A stretch of 64,000 nt of DNA from an uncultured Alphaproteobacteria bacterium (GCA_944391515.1 CALXTW010000005.1:5127-69126), one strand, 5' to 3'; numbered from the stretch's first letter, positions 54,426-63,447 are shown. Translations and numbers: made by a program. The notes: generated by a model not told the origin, from the letters alone.

Positions 54426-55362
54426 GACTTTTGCGGCAATCGATTTGGGAACAAATTCTTGCCGTTTGTTGATTGCTGATGAAAACCAAAACAAAGTATA
54501 TTCCGATACGCAAAATGTTCGCTTAGGCGAGGGAATGCATGCTCAGATGCGCTTTACTGAACAGGCAATGCAGAGGGGATATCAAACGCTGCAAGAGTTT
54601 GCTCAAAAAATTAAAGAATATAATTGTGTTAAGGTTCGGGCTATTGCTACGGCTGCTTGCAGAATGGCCTCTAATGGTGCGGAATTTGTGAAGAATATAA
54701 AAAATAATTGCGGTATTGATTTAGAAGTGATTGACGGAAAAGAGGAAGCCAGACTTAACCTTAAAGGCGCAATTATGAATTCTTTGGATAAAGCTCCTTA
54801 TGTGGTGGTCTATGATTTGGGCGGCGGTTCGACCGAAATTACGCTGGCAACAAATGATAAAGAACAAAAAATTCTTTATACGATTTCTATCCCTTGGGGG
54901 GCAAGAAATGCCTCTGAAGCCTTTGGTTTGGAAGAAGAATATGTGGCTGAAAAAGCTCTCGAATTAAAAGAGGCTGTTAAAGCTTATTGCGATGATTTTG
55001 TTAAAAATTCTAACTACCTTGCCTATAAAGACAAATGCTGTTTTGTGGCAACCTCTAGTTCTCCTTTGCGCTTGTCAGCGTGGATTCATAACCGTGGTGA
55101 GTATGTACGCGAAAACGAAGATGGACAAGTCTTAAAGCGTGAGGATATGGATAAGGTAATTGCCCAAATTTATAAAATGAATCGTGAAGAACGAGGAAAA
55201 TCGCCTTATATTGGGCAAAAAAGAGCGTCGGTGTTTGTGGCGGCGGCTATCATTTTCCAAACGATTTATGAGGTACTTGAGATTGATGAACTCATTGCCT
55301 CACTCAAAAGTGCCAAAGACGGGATTATTGCGGAATTGACGGAGGAGAACAAAAATGGGTAA
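54415..55362 (+). CDS. Ppx/GppA-family phosphatase, paralog 2
   Basis: AAIDLGTNSCRLLIA and YDLGGGSTEITL. The start overlaps the paralog 1 stop by 11 nt, and the stop overlaps the rlmE start. Confidence 0.8.
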   Translation: MTDKTFAAIDLGTNSCRLLIADENQNKVYSDTQNVRLGEGMHAQMRFTEQAMQRGYQTLQEFAQKIKEYNCVKVRAIATAACRMASNGAEFVKNIKNNCGIDLEVIDGKEEARLNLKGAIMNSLDKAPYVVVYDLGGGSTEITLATNDKEQKILYTISIPWGARNASEAFGLEEEYVAEKALELKEAVKAYCDDFVKNSNYLAYKDKCCFVATSSSPLRLSAWIHNRGEYVRENEDGQVLKREDMDKVIAQIYKMNREERGKSPYIGQKRASVFVAAAIIFQTIYEVLEIDELIASLKSAKDGIIAELTEENKNG

Positions 55363-56056
55363 ATTAACAAAATCCGCCAAAGAAGTGCGTGGAAGACATC
55401 AACTCAGTGTTCGGGTTAAGACCTCAAAATATCGGGATAAATCTTCAAACAAATGGTTAGCAAGACAATTAAACGACCCGTATGTTGCCGAATCTAAGAG
55501 ATTGGGCTATCGCTCAAGAGCTGCTTTTAAGCTTATTCAATTAGATGAAAAATATAAATTTTTGGGCAAAGGAAAACGTATTGTTGACTTGGGTTGTGCT
55601 CCGGGCGGCTGGACGCAAGTGGCCGTGATGCGCAATAAAGGTTTGGGCAAAGTGGTCGGGATTGATATTTTGGAAACACAGCCGATTGAGGGCGCTACAC
55701 TTATTCAACAAGATTTTACTCAAGAGGATGCTGCCGACAAATTGAAAGCTTTGCTTGATGGCGAGGCGGATATTGTGATGAGCGATATGGCGGCTAACAC
55801 GACCGGACACCAACAAACCGACCATTTACGAACCATTGCCTTGGTTGAAATTGCTTATGATTTTGCTAAAGATGTGTTGGCTGAGGGTGGAATTTTTATT
55901 GCTAAAGTGTTTAAGGGCGGTGCAGAGGCCGGCCTTTTGGCTGATATTAAAAAGAACTTCAAAAAAGTCAGCCACTGCAAACCAGATGCAAGTCGCTCAG
56001 GTTCGCCTGAAGAATATTTAGTTGCCGAAGGTTTTAAGGGAAAAGAACAAGCTTAA
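55355..56056 (+). CDS. rlmE: 23S rRNA (U2552-2'-O)-methyltransferase RlmE/FtsJ
   Basis: GGAGGA RBS; YRSRAAFKLIQLDEKY, VDLGCAPGGWTQV, SDMAANTTG and FIAKVFKG are the FtsJ motifs. Confidence 0.92.
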   Translation: MGKLTKSAKEVRGRHQLSVRVKTSKYRDKSSNKWLARQLNDPYVAESKRLGYRSRAAFKLIQLDEKYKFLGKGKRIVDLGCAPGGWTQVAVMRNKGLGKVVGIDILETQPIEGATLIQQDFTQEDAADKLKALLDGEADIVMSDMAANTTGHQQTDHLRTIALVEIAYDFAKDVLAEGGIFIAKVFKGGAEAGLLADIKKNFKKVSHCKPDASRSGSPEEYLVAEGFKGKEQA

Positions 56057-56084
56057 TTTTTTGCGATTTCGTTTGTGAGGGAAA

Positions 56085-57470
56085 ATGGAAAAAGCCGTTA
56101 TTGAAAGAGTATTGCTTAAAGCTAGTGAAACAGGTGCTGATTTTGCCGAACTGTTTGTTGAACAAGGTCGAGATTTAAATTTTTCGATGGGGGCGGGGAA
56201 AGTCCACTCAATTTCATCTGATTTGGAAAATGGTGCCGGAATTCGTTTGTTTAAAGGTGATTTTGCGGCTTATGCTTATACCAATGACTTATCAGAACAA
56301 GGTTTAATGCTTGCTGCAGAGAGAGCCGCCTTAGCTCTTAATGATAAAAAGCTTATCTCTTCGGTGAATTTGGTGCGCCAAGATGTGGAAAATAAACATT
56401 TTGTAAAAGAAGCTCTGTTTAGCAAAACACATGGTGATTTGATTGATTTTATGCGGCAGGTATCAGACAAACTTTATCAAACTAGCTCGTTGATTTCACG
56501 TACGGACATCGGTCTCAGGCAAAAACAACGCCATATTTTGATTGCCAATAGTGAAGGGCGTTTGGTGGAAGATGACAGAAATTATGCCCTTTATGGTTTG
56601 ACTGCCGTGGCCGAAAAAGGAAATGAAAAGTTTTCGGATTGTGTGAATGTCGGCGGAATGTGCGGTTGTGAGATTTTTGATATTGCAAAAGCAGAAGAAA
56701 AAGCCGAAATTTTGGCCAAAAATTGTGTGGAAATGCTTGGTGCGCAAAATTGTCCAATCGGCAAAATGCCGGTGGTACTTGACCCATATGTCGGCGGTGT
56801 TTTGATTCATGAGGCTTGCGGACACTCGTTAGAGGCAACTTGTGTGGCTAAAAATGCTTCGGTATTTGCCAATCGTTTGGGTGAACAAATTGCCAATGAA
56901 AAAGTTACGCTTATTGATGATGGAACTTTGCCCAATTCCTGGGGCTCGACAAATATTGATGACGAGGGTGAAAAGACGCAGCGTAATGTGTTGATTAAGA
57001 ACGGAATTTTGCAAGGCTATTTGATTGATAAGTTTAATGGTCGCAAGATGGGGATGAAACCAACGGGAAGTTCGCGTCGCCAAGATTATACCTTTGTGCC
57101 GACATCACGTATGAATAATACCTTTGTGGACAGCGGAACAGATAATCCCAAAGAAATTTTGGCCTCTACCGATTATGGTATTTATGTGGCGCAAATTAGT
57201 GGCGGGTCGGTTCAGCCTCAAAGCGGAGAATTTAATTTTTCGATGAAAAGAGCTTATTTGATTGAAAACGGCAAGCTCACCACTCCTTTGAAAGGGGCTA
57301 AACTCATCGGAACAGGAGCGGAATTGTTGCAAAGTATTGTGATGGTCGGTAATGATTTGGGATATAGCGGGCCGGGGAGATGCGGTTCCGTATCCGGTTG
57401 GGTGCCGATTGGAAAAGGTGTTCCTACCTTAAAAGTAAGTGAAATGACAGTCGGAGGGCAAAAGGCATGA
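56085..57470 (+). CDS. tldD: Metalloprotease TldD
   Basis: 461 aa. HEACGHSLE is the HExxxH motif, and the C-terminal GxC...P region is typical of TldD. Confidence 0.9.
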   Translation: MEKAVIERVLLKASETGADFAELFVEQGRDLNFSMGAGKVHSISSDLENGAGIRLFKGDFAAYAYTNDLSEQGLMLAAERAALALNDKKLISSVNLVRQDVENKHFVKEALFSKTHGDLIDFMRQVSDKLYQTSSLISRTDIGLRQKQRHILIANSEGRLVEDDRNYALYGLTAVAEKGNEKFSDCVNVGGMCGCEIFDIAKAEEKAEILAKNCVEMLGAQNCPIGKMPVVLDPYVGGVLIHEACGHSLEATCVAKNASVFANRLGEQIANEKVTLIDDGTLPNSWGSTNIDDEGEKTQRNVLIKNGILQGYLIDKFNGRKMGMKPTGSSRRQDYTFVPTSRMNNTFVDSGTDNPKEILASTDYGIYVAQISGGSVQPQSGEFNFSMKRAYLIENGKLTTPLKGAKLIGTGAELLQSIVMVGNDLGYSGPGRCGSVSGWVPIGKGVPTLKVSEMTVGGQKA

Positions 57471-58789
57471 TTGAAAACTATTTGCAAAAATTAGAGGCTT
57501 TTTGTCAGAGCAAAAATATTAATCAATATGAAATTCGCTATTTTCAGGAAAATAACCGCGTTTTGAAAGTTTATGAACAAAAAGTTTGTGAAGCGCGCGA
57601 CAACGCCTCGCAAAGTGTGGCCTTGATTGTGGTGCAAAACGGTAAAAGAGGACGCTTTGACACAACTGATGTGGATGAAAATAAAATTCCGCTCATCGTT
57701 GAGGATGCATTGAACAATGCTTTGTCAATTGATACGGATGAAACATTTTTTCTTTATGACGGAAAAGGCGATTATCCAAAAGTTAAACCTTATCATCCGT
57801 TACCGCAATTAGCGCAATTGGATAAAATTGATTATTTGAAAACTTTGGAAAAAGCGGCTTATGAGGCTGATAAACGTATCAATAAAGTGATTCATACCAT
57901 TTATAAAGAAGGGTATACTCGGTCGCTTATTCGCAATTCTTTGGGACTGAAGTTGGAGAAAGAAAAGAATTATGCTTTTGCCTCTATTTATCTGAGTGCC
58001 AAAGAAGGTGAGGTGATTAAAACCGATAGTGAGGGCGTTTGCTTTAACAAAGAAGAGGACTTTAACCCCAAAGCAATAATTGAAAAAGTTGTTCCGCGGG
58101 TGGTATCTCGCCTTGATGCTAGAGATTGCAAATCGCAAAAATGTAATGTGATTTTTAACCATGAAGTTGCTGGTGATTTGTTAGCGGCTTTTCGCAATAT
58201 TTTCTCAAGCTTTAATGTGGATGCCGGAATTACAAAACTGAAAGGCAAAATCGGTGAAAAGGTAGCCTCAGATATTGTGACGATTGTTGATAATCCTTTG
58301 CTTGATGGTGGTTTGGCAACGGCTGCTTTTGATAATGAAGGTGTGCCAACTCTCTACAAAGAACTGGTTACAGACGGGGTGTTAAAAAAATTTGTGTATG
58401 GTATGGCCTTGGCTGACAAGCACAAAACCCAAACAACCGGTAACGGCAGTGGCGGTTTACGACCGATATTTTTTAACTTGTATATCAAAAACGGCAATAG
58501 CTCAAAAGAAGAGTTGCTTCAGCATTTAGGTAATGGTGTTTATATTGACATCTTAAACGGATTGCGTGTTGGATGTAATGAGACTTCGGGTGAGTTTTCT
58601 TTGGGAGCGGAAGGTTTTGCCATCGAAAATGGTAAACTCACAAAAGCTCTAAATCAATTTACTATTGCTGGAAATATTTTTGATTTGCTTCAAAATATTG
58701 AAATGCTCGGAAATGATTTGGATTTGTCAAAGTCATCTTGTGCGGCGCCGTCGTTGTTGGTTAAAAATTTGGTGGTTTCGGGCGTATAA
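57467..58789 (+). CDS. pmbA: TldE/PmbA (TldD partner)
   Basis: 440 aa from the same fold family but lacking HExxxH. ATGA overlap with tldD. Confidence 0.85.
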   Translation: MIENYLQKLEAFCQSKNINQYEIRYFQENNRVLKVYEQKVCEARDNASQSVALIVVQNGKRGRFDTTDVDENKIPLIVEDALNNALSIDTDETFFLYDGKGDYPKVKPYHPLPQLAQLDKIDYLKTLEKAAYEADKRINKVIHTIYKEGYTRSLIRNSLGLKLEKEKNYAFASIYLSAKEGEVIKTDSEGVCFNKEEDFNPKAIIEKVVPRVVSRLDARDCKSQKCNVIFNHEVAGDLLAAFRNIFSSFNVDAGITKLKGKIGEKVASDIVTIVDNPLLDGGLATAAFDNEGVPTLYKELVTDGVLKKFVYGMALADKHKTQTTGNGSGGLRPIFFNLYIKNGNSSKEELLQHLGNGVYIDILNGLRVGCNETSGEFSLGAEGFAIENGKLTKALNQFTIAGNIFDLLQNIEMLGNDLDLSKSSCAAPSLLVKNLVVSGV

Positions 58790-58811
58790 TTATTGAGGAA
58801 AGTATAAAATT

Positions 58812-60017
58812 ATGCAAAAAGGGGCGCAATATCAGGCTGTTTTGGAACTTATTTCTGAAATTTTTCAAGATAAGGCTCCAGCTGATATTATCATCAATTC
58901 TTATGTTAGAGAACGCAAATATATCGGCTCAAAAGATAGAAAGTTTATTTGCGATACGGTTTGGAAGATTATTCGTAATCGTCGCAAGTTGACTTTTGAT
59001 GCCGGTTCTGAGGACCCAAGAAAAATTTTGCTCACTTATCTGCGAGATGAAGATTTAGATGTCATTTGTTGCGGGGAATATGCGCTTGCACCTCTAAGTA
59101 AGGAAGAAAAAATTTGGCTCCAAAACCCAAATGAAGAAGTTTATCCGGCAGCTGTTGAAGCGGAATGTCCTGATTGGTTGTTTCAAAAAATTAAAGATAT
59201 GGATTTATTGAAAACCTTAAATGAACCGGCAACGGCTGATTTGCGCATTAATAAAAATACGCGCGCCATTGAGGTTGAAAAATTGCGTGCCGAAGGCTTG
59301 TGGTTTGCACCGACGCCTTATTCGCCGATTGGGCTACGCTCTACTGAGAGAGTTAATCTCAATAATTGCATTGCCTATAAGGAAGGTGAGGTAGAAGTTC
59401 AAGACGAAGCCTCACAGTTGGCGGCAATATTAGCCGATGTTAATCCTCAGCATAAAACCATTGATTATTGTTGCGGGGCGGGCGGTAAGAGTTTGACAAT
59501 GGCCTTTTTGATGAAAAATCAGGGCAAAATTCAAATTCATGATATTAACTGGGGACGCTTGGTGGCAGTGAAAGAGCGTGCGCAACGCTTGGGTGTTACT
59601 AATTTGGAAATTGTGAAAACACTAGTCGATAAGGATTATGATAGATTTGTGGTGGATGCGCCTTGCTCGGGTACGGGAACTTGGCGGCGTAGTCCCGATG
59701 CAAAATATCGCTTAACTGAAGAAAAATTAAACGAACTCAATAAGACGCAAAGAGAAATCCTTGAAATTGCGTATAATCATACCAAAGTCGGGGGAAGAAT
59801 TGTTTATATAACTTGCTCGATTTTGGAAGATGAAAATGAAAATATAATCAACTCGTTTCTCTCAAAAAACGCAGATATGCGTCCTATTAATATGCATCGC
59901 CTTTGGGAGGAAAAATTAGCTTGCCGGTATCCGGGACAAAATGATTTTTGGCTTAAACTCAATCCTTTGACGACGCAGACAGATGGCTTCTTTGTTTGTG
60001 TTTTGGAAAAATTTTAG
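58812..60017 (+). CDS. RsmB/Sun-family RNA m5C methyltransferase
   Basis: SAM motif DYCCGAGGKS and catalytic motifs DAPCSGTGTWRRSPD and YITCS. Confidence 0.85.
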   Translation: MQKGAQYQAVLELISEIFQDKAPADIIINSYVRERKYIGSKDRKFICDTVWKIIRNRRKLTFDAGSEDPRKILLTYLRDEDLDVICCGEYALAPLSKEEKIWLQNPNEEVYPAAVEAECPDWLFQKIKDMDLLKTLNEPATADLRINKNTRAIEVEKLRAEGLWFAPTPYSPIGLRSTERVNLNNCIAYKEGEVEVQDEASQLAAILADVNPQHKTIDYCCGAGGKSLTMAFLMKNQGKIQIHDINWGRLVAVKERAQRLGVTNLEIVKTLVDKDYDRFVVDAPCSGTGTWRRSPDAKYRLTEEKLNELNKTQREILEIAYNHTKVGGRIVYITCSILEDENENIINSFLSKNADMRPINMHRLWEEKLACRYPGQNDFWLKLNPLTTQTDGFFVCVLEKF

Positions 60018-60099
60018 ACTTGACTTTTGGTGATTTGGGTATAGTATTTAGACAAAATTTTATTATTTTTCATTTATTAACCATTTAAAATTTTTCATT

Positions 60100-61002
60100 A
60101 TGGAAAAAATTTTTAATTTCAATGATTTGGTGGCGGCAAATAGGGATATTTTCTCAAAAGAATTGAAAAAGTCCGATTTGGTTGATACGGCATGGGGAAG
60201 TTATCATTTTAAGGGAACACCAAAAGATGATCAGCCCTTGGTTTTGGTTTTTCGCTATCAAAAAGAGAATGGGGAAACTCTCTCCGTGGTTTGGGATTTA
60301 GCCAAAAAGCAAGCGCATTTTTTGCCTTGCTTTGTACGAGTTCAAAAAGATACAGACTGTTGTCGGCTTGAATATGACAATCAGCTCTTTGTTGAGTTGG
60401 ATGAAAAAAACGGCTATATTTGTTATAAAATCACTAAAAAACAGGTATTTGGGAAAGAATTTGCTCAAATTTGGTGGCGAATTCAGATGGGCGAAAATGG
60501 TCTGGAACAGAATTTGCGTGCCGTTAACGGTGGCAAAGACTTAGGTCTGGGCTATGCTTGTCGGGACAGAAAAGCTAAAAAGACTTGGTTCTTTTCTCTC
60601 ACTCATCCGGATAATGGCTTTGTTGAAGTGGGCGGACTATTTTTTGCTCGCTTGCCGAAAGAAGCTGTTTGCTATGATGATAGGTCTCAATCTTATTGGA
60701 GCTTGATTGACGGAGAATGGATAAATCCAAGGCCAAGAAAATGGACGAGTATTACAAATGCCAGCGAGGTATGGAAAGTATTTTTGCAGAGCCATCCCAA
60801 AGAAAGCAGGAAAATCAGCTCATACCTGCAACCGGTTGCGGCTTATTGGGCTGGGGAACCTTGTTGGGTTTTGGGTGTCGATAATAACCTTATCTATCTG
60901 ATTATGGTGGAAGACGTGTTACAAGTTTTCTGCATTATTCTCTCAGAATGGGAAAGTTTGAAGCTAGCCTTGCCCGGAGATAAGAAGTTTTTCTATGATT
61001 GA
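60100..61002 (+). CDS. Hypothetical protein, 300 aa, Trp/Cys-containing; no family recognised
   Basis: Long isolated ORF between the rsmB-like gene and a bidirectional terminator. Confidence 0.6.
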   Translation: MEKIFNFNDLVAANRDIFSKELKKSDLVDTAWGSYHFKGTPKDDQPLVLVFRYQKENGETLSVVWDLAKKQAHFLPCFVRVQKDTDCCRLEYDNQLFVELDEKNGYICYKITKKQVFGKEFAQIWWRIQMGENGLEQNLRAVNGGKDLGLGYACRDRKAKKTWFFSLTHPDNGFVEVGGLFFARLPKEAVCYDDRSQSYWSLIDGEWINPRPRKWTSITNASEVWKVFLQSHPKESRKISSYLQPVAAYWAGEPCWVLGVDNNLIYLIMVEDVLQVFCIILSEWESLKLALPGDKKFFYD

Positions 61003-61006
61003 GTAC

Positions 61007-61044
61007 AAATCCCTTGTCTTGGAAAAGACGAGGGATTTTTTTTA
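61007..61044. terminator. Bidirectional terminator
   Basis: Stem aatcccttgtctt/aagacgagggatt (one G-U pair) with loop ggaa, followed by T8. Confidence 0.85.
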
Positions 61045-61365
61045 ATTGTCGGGTAGGGTGGTGTTGTTGGCTTTATAGATATAGGAAATGATTTCAGCTA
61101 CCGCGGCAAAGGCTTCTATCGGAATTTCACTATCAATATCCACCGCTTTGAGAATTTGTATTAAATCTGCGTCTTGATGAATCTCTATGCCTTCATCAAT
61201 GGCAATTTGAATTATTTTTTGCGCAATCTCGCCTTGGCCTTTGGCTAAAACCGTCGGTGCATCGTGTTTGCTTGGGTCATAGCCTAAGGCAACCGCATAA
61301 TCTGGGGATAACCTTTCCTCGGCGTTGTTTTTATCAAAGCTTTTGTTATTATTGGTTTCAGACAT
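61042..61365 (-). CDS. FlhB C-terminal-domain-like protein (EscU/YscU/HrcU-family fragment, COG2257)
   Basis: ...AVALGYDPSKHDAPTVLAKGQGEIAQKIIQIAIDEGIEIHQDADLIQIL...IPIEAFAAVAEII.YIY matches standalone FlhB-C homologs. The ATG at 61365 is preferred over the longer ORF. Confidence 0.75.
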   Translation of the reverse strand: MSETNNNKSFDKNNAEERLSPDYAVALGYDPSKHDAPTVLAKGQGEIAQKIIQIAIDEGIEIHQDADLIQILKAVDIDSEIPIEAFAAVAEIISYIYKANNTTLPDN

Positions 61366-61434
61366 GAGCAATCTCTTAACAATGTTTTTATTTATTGTAA
61401 GATGCCTTTTTAGGAATTGCAACGTTTTTTAATT

Positions 61435-61450
61435 TGGCACAAAGATTGCA
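61435..61450 (+). promoter_or_regulatory. Sigma-54 (RpoN) -24/-12 promoter for flgB-flgC-fliE
   Basis: TGGCAC-aaaga-TTGCA is an exact match to TGGCAC-N5-TTGCW, about 55 nt upstream of the flgB start. Confidence 0.75.
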
Positions 61451-61504
61451 TCTGTTCGGTTATGTTGGGGAACGTAGCCTGTTGCATATAGGGGAGATAT
61501 GTAG

Positions 61505-61906
61505 ATGGATTTGAATAATCTTTCTATTTTTAATATGGCTAATACAGAAATGGCCTATTTGACTGAGCGTCAAAAGGTTTTGGCAACGAATATTGCCAAT
61601 GCCAATACGCCTCATTATCTTCCCCAGGATTTAGAAAAACCAAGTTTTGCTAATGTTTTGCGGACTTCTTTGCCGATGACGGTAACCAATGAAAAGCATT
61701 TGAGCGGTTTGCCCAGTCGTAACGGTGGATTTCGACTCTATACGCCCAAATCTGATACCGCTTTGACGATTGATGGTAACGGCGTTGTCTTGGAAGACCA
61801 AATGAATGAAGCCAGCAAGACCAAAAGTGACTATAACCGCGTGTTGACGATTTATGGCAAGTATAAAACCATGCTGCAAACCGCAAACACAAAAATTAAC
61901 GCCTAA
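61505..61906 (+). CDS. flgB: Flagellar basal-body rod protein FlgB
   Basis: 133 aa; the N-terminal ...LTERQKVLATNIANANTPHY... rod-protein motif; first gene of the flgBC-fliE order. Confidence 0.85.
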   Translation: MDLNNLSIFNMANTEMAYLTERQKVLATNIANANTPHYLPQDLEKPSFANVLRTSLPMTVTNEKHLSGLPSRNGGFRLYTPKSDTALTIDGNGVVLEDQMNEASKTKSDYNRVLTIYGKYKTMLQTANTKINA

Positions 61907-61916
61907 GGGATAGAAT

Positions 61917-62330
61917 ATGGCCGGAGATTTATCAGTTAGTGCAGATATTGCCGTATCAGGGATGAAGGCACAAGCCGAAAGGTTGCGCATTATCTCTGAA
62001 AATATGGCTAATGCCGACTCGGTCGGGGTTCGTCCCGGTGATGATCCTTATCGTCGTCAGGTGGTCACTTTTAAAGACTATATTGATAAAGAAACCGGTG
62101 CCAGAATGGTGAAAGTGGATAAGGTGATTAAAGATAAATCCGAATTTCCACTGAAATATGAGCCAAATAATCCATTGGCAAATGCTCAAGGATATGTGGC
62201 TCAGCCTAATGTTAATCCGTTGATTGAAATGATGGATATGAAAGAGGCTCAACGCAGTTATGATGCAAATTTGAATATGATGCAAACTGCAAGAGATATG
62301 AATTCAAAAGTATTAGATTTATTGAAGTGA
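61917..62330 (+). CDS. flgC: Flagellar basal-body rod protein FlgC
   Basis: 137 aa. ...RLRIISENMANADS... and C-terminal GYVAQPNVNPLIEMMDMKEAQRSYDANL are typical of FlgC. Confidence 0.9.
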   Translation: MAGDLSVSADIAVSGMKAQAERLRIISENMANADSVGVRPGDDPYRRQVVTFKDYIDKETGARMVKVDKVIKDKSEFPLKYEPNNPLANAQGYVAQPNVNPLIEMMDMKEAQRSYDANLNMMQTARDMNSKVLDLLK

Positions 62331-62345
62331 TAAATGGGGATGTAA

Positions 62346-62666
62346 ATGACAAATAATATTTCTAGTGCGTTAAATGCTTATCAACAGGCTCTGAGCCGTA
62401 TCGGCGCAAAAATGCCGGTGGAGGAAAATGCTCAGGTTTCTTCAGGTCAGTCCGATTTTCAGGCAATGGTAGAGAATGCTTTGACAAATGCCGTCGATAT
62501 TAACAAAAAAGCAGAGAGTCTCTCTATGCAAGGTATTGCCGGAAAAGCTGATATTCAAGATGTGGTTTTGGCTGTGGCTAATGCCGAAATGGCTTTGGAA
62601 ACAGTTGTGGCCGTCAGAGATACCGCTATTAAAGCTTATAAAGAAATTATGCAAATGACAGTGTAG
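62346..62666 (+). CDS. fliE: Flagellar hook-basal body protein FliE
   Basis: 106 aa. The C-terminal ...VVLAVANAEMALETVVAVRDTAIKAYKEIMQMTV matches the FliE C-terminal signature. Confidence 0.85.
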   Translation: MTNNISSALNAYQQALSRIGAKMPVEENAQVSSGQSDFQAMVENALTNAVDINKKAESLSMQGIAGKADIQDVVLAVANAEMALETVVAVRDTAIKAYKEIMQMTV

Positions 62667-62786
62667 GCTGATTTTGCAGTATTATTATATGCATTGAAAA
62701 GTATTTTGGTGAAAAAATGTGAAATTTTGCAAAAAATACTTGATTAATTATTTTAGTTAGTTTAAATCAATCTTGTTTTTGTTATT

Positions 62787-62872
62787 GCGGCCGTGGCGAA
62801 ATTGGTAGACGCGTAACGTTGAGGTCGTTATGAGCTAAGCTCATGGAAGTTCAAGTCTTCTCGGCCGCACCA
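62787..62872 (+). tRNA. tRNA-Leu (anticodon GAG), class II with long variable arm, CCA encoded
   Basis: Acceptor gcggccg/cggccgc, anticodon stem taacg/cgtta with loop tTGAGGt, variable arm gagctaagctc, and T-arm ggaagTTCAAGTcttct. Confidence 0.9.
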
Positions 62873-63284
62873 TACAAAAATAATGTTATGAGCAAGTGCC
62901 TCGGGAGGTATGAGAGCAGGGTTTTGGCTCAGAAGACTATCCCCTCAAAGATGTAACGCTTGCTGCGACCATTGTCATTGGTCTGGCGCGCTAACATCTC
63001 AAGGATTGTTTCGTAAAAACTCAACGTTGGTTGACTTTTTACTCACAATTCTCGGCCGCACCATACAAAAATAATGTTAGGAGCAAGTGCCTTGGGTAGT
63101 ATGAGAGTAGGGTTTTGGCTCAGAAGACTATCCCCTCAAAGATGTAACGCTTGCTGCGACCATTGTCATTGGTCTGGCGCGCTAACATCTCAAGGATTGT
63201 TTCGTAAAAACTCAACGTTGGTTGACTTTTTACTCACAATTCTCGGCCGCACCATACAAAAATAATGTTAGGAGCAAGTGCCTC
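62858..63284 (+). repeat. Tandem repeat, 191-bp unit x about 2.2, each unit bounded by a copy of the last 15 nt of tRNA-Leu
   Basis: ttctcggccgcacca occurs at 62858-62872 (the tRNA 3' end), 63049-63063 and 63240-63254. The distal ~140 bp of units 1 and 2 are identical, and a few substitutions cluster in the first ~50 bp. The third copy stops about 30 bp after the 15-mer. Confidence 0.95.
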
Positions 63285-63340
63285 AGAAAGAATTGAAAAA
63301 ATATGAGTTTGAAGGGGTATTTGATTAGAAAATATTTTAG

Positions 63341-63368
63341 AAAATCCGTTACAGGATTTATTTTTTTA
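63341..63368 (+). terminator. Intrinsic terminator closing the tRNA-Leu / repeat-array unit
   Basis: Stem aaatcc/ggattt with loop gttaca, followed by aTTTTTTT. Confidence 0.7.
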
Positions 63369-63447
63369 TAAACAATATGGGAATTGCGTAAATCGATTGA
63401 GCTTTAATTTATAAACATTAGTTTATTTTTATTAAGAGGGAGGGGAA

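Noticed and set aside
62995-63012. Anticodon-like hairpin (gacca-TTGTCAT-tggtc) inside the 191-bp unit, suggesting a tRNA pseudogene
   Set aside because: No matching 5' acceptor strand, D-arm or T-arm could be found in the unit. Only the final 15 nt are tRNA-derived.
63074-63265. 63-aa ORF inside the 191-bp tandem array
   Set aside because: The equivalent frame in copy 1 is ATG-TTA-TGA, an immediate stop. There is no RBS, so it is not a conserved coding unit.
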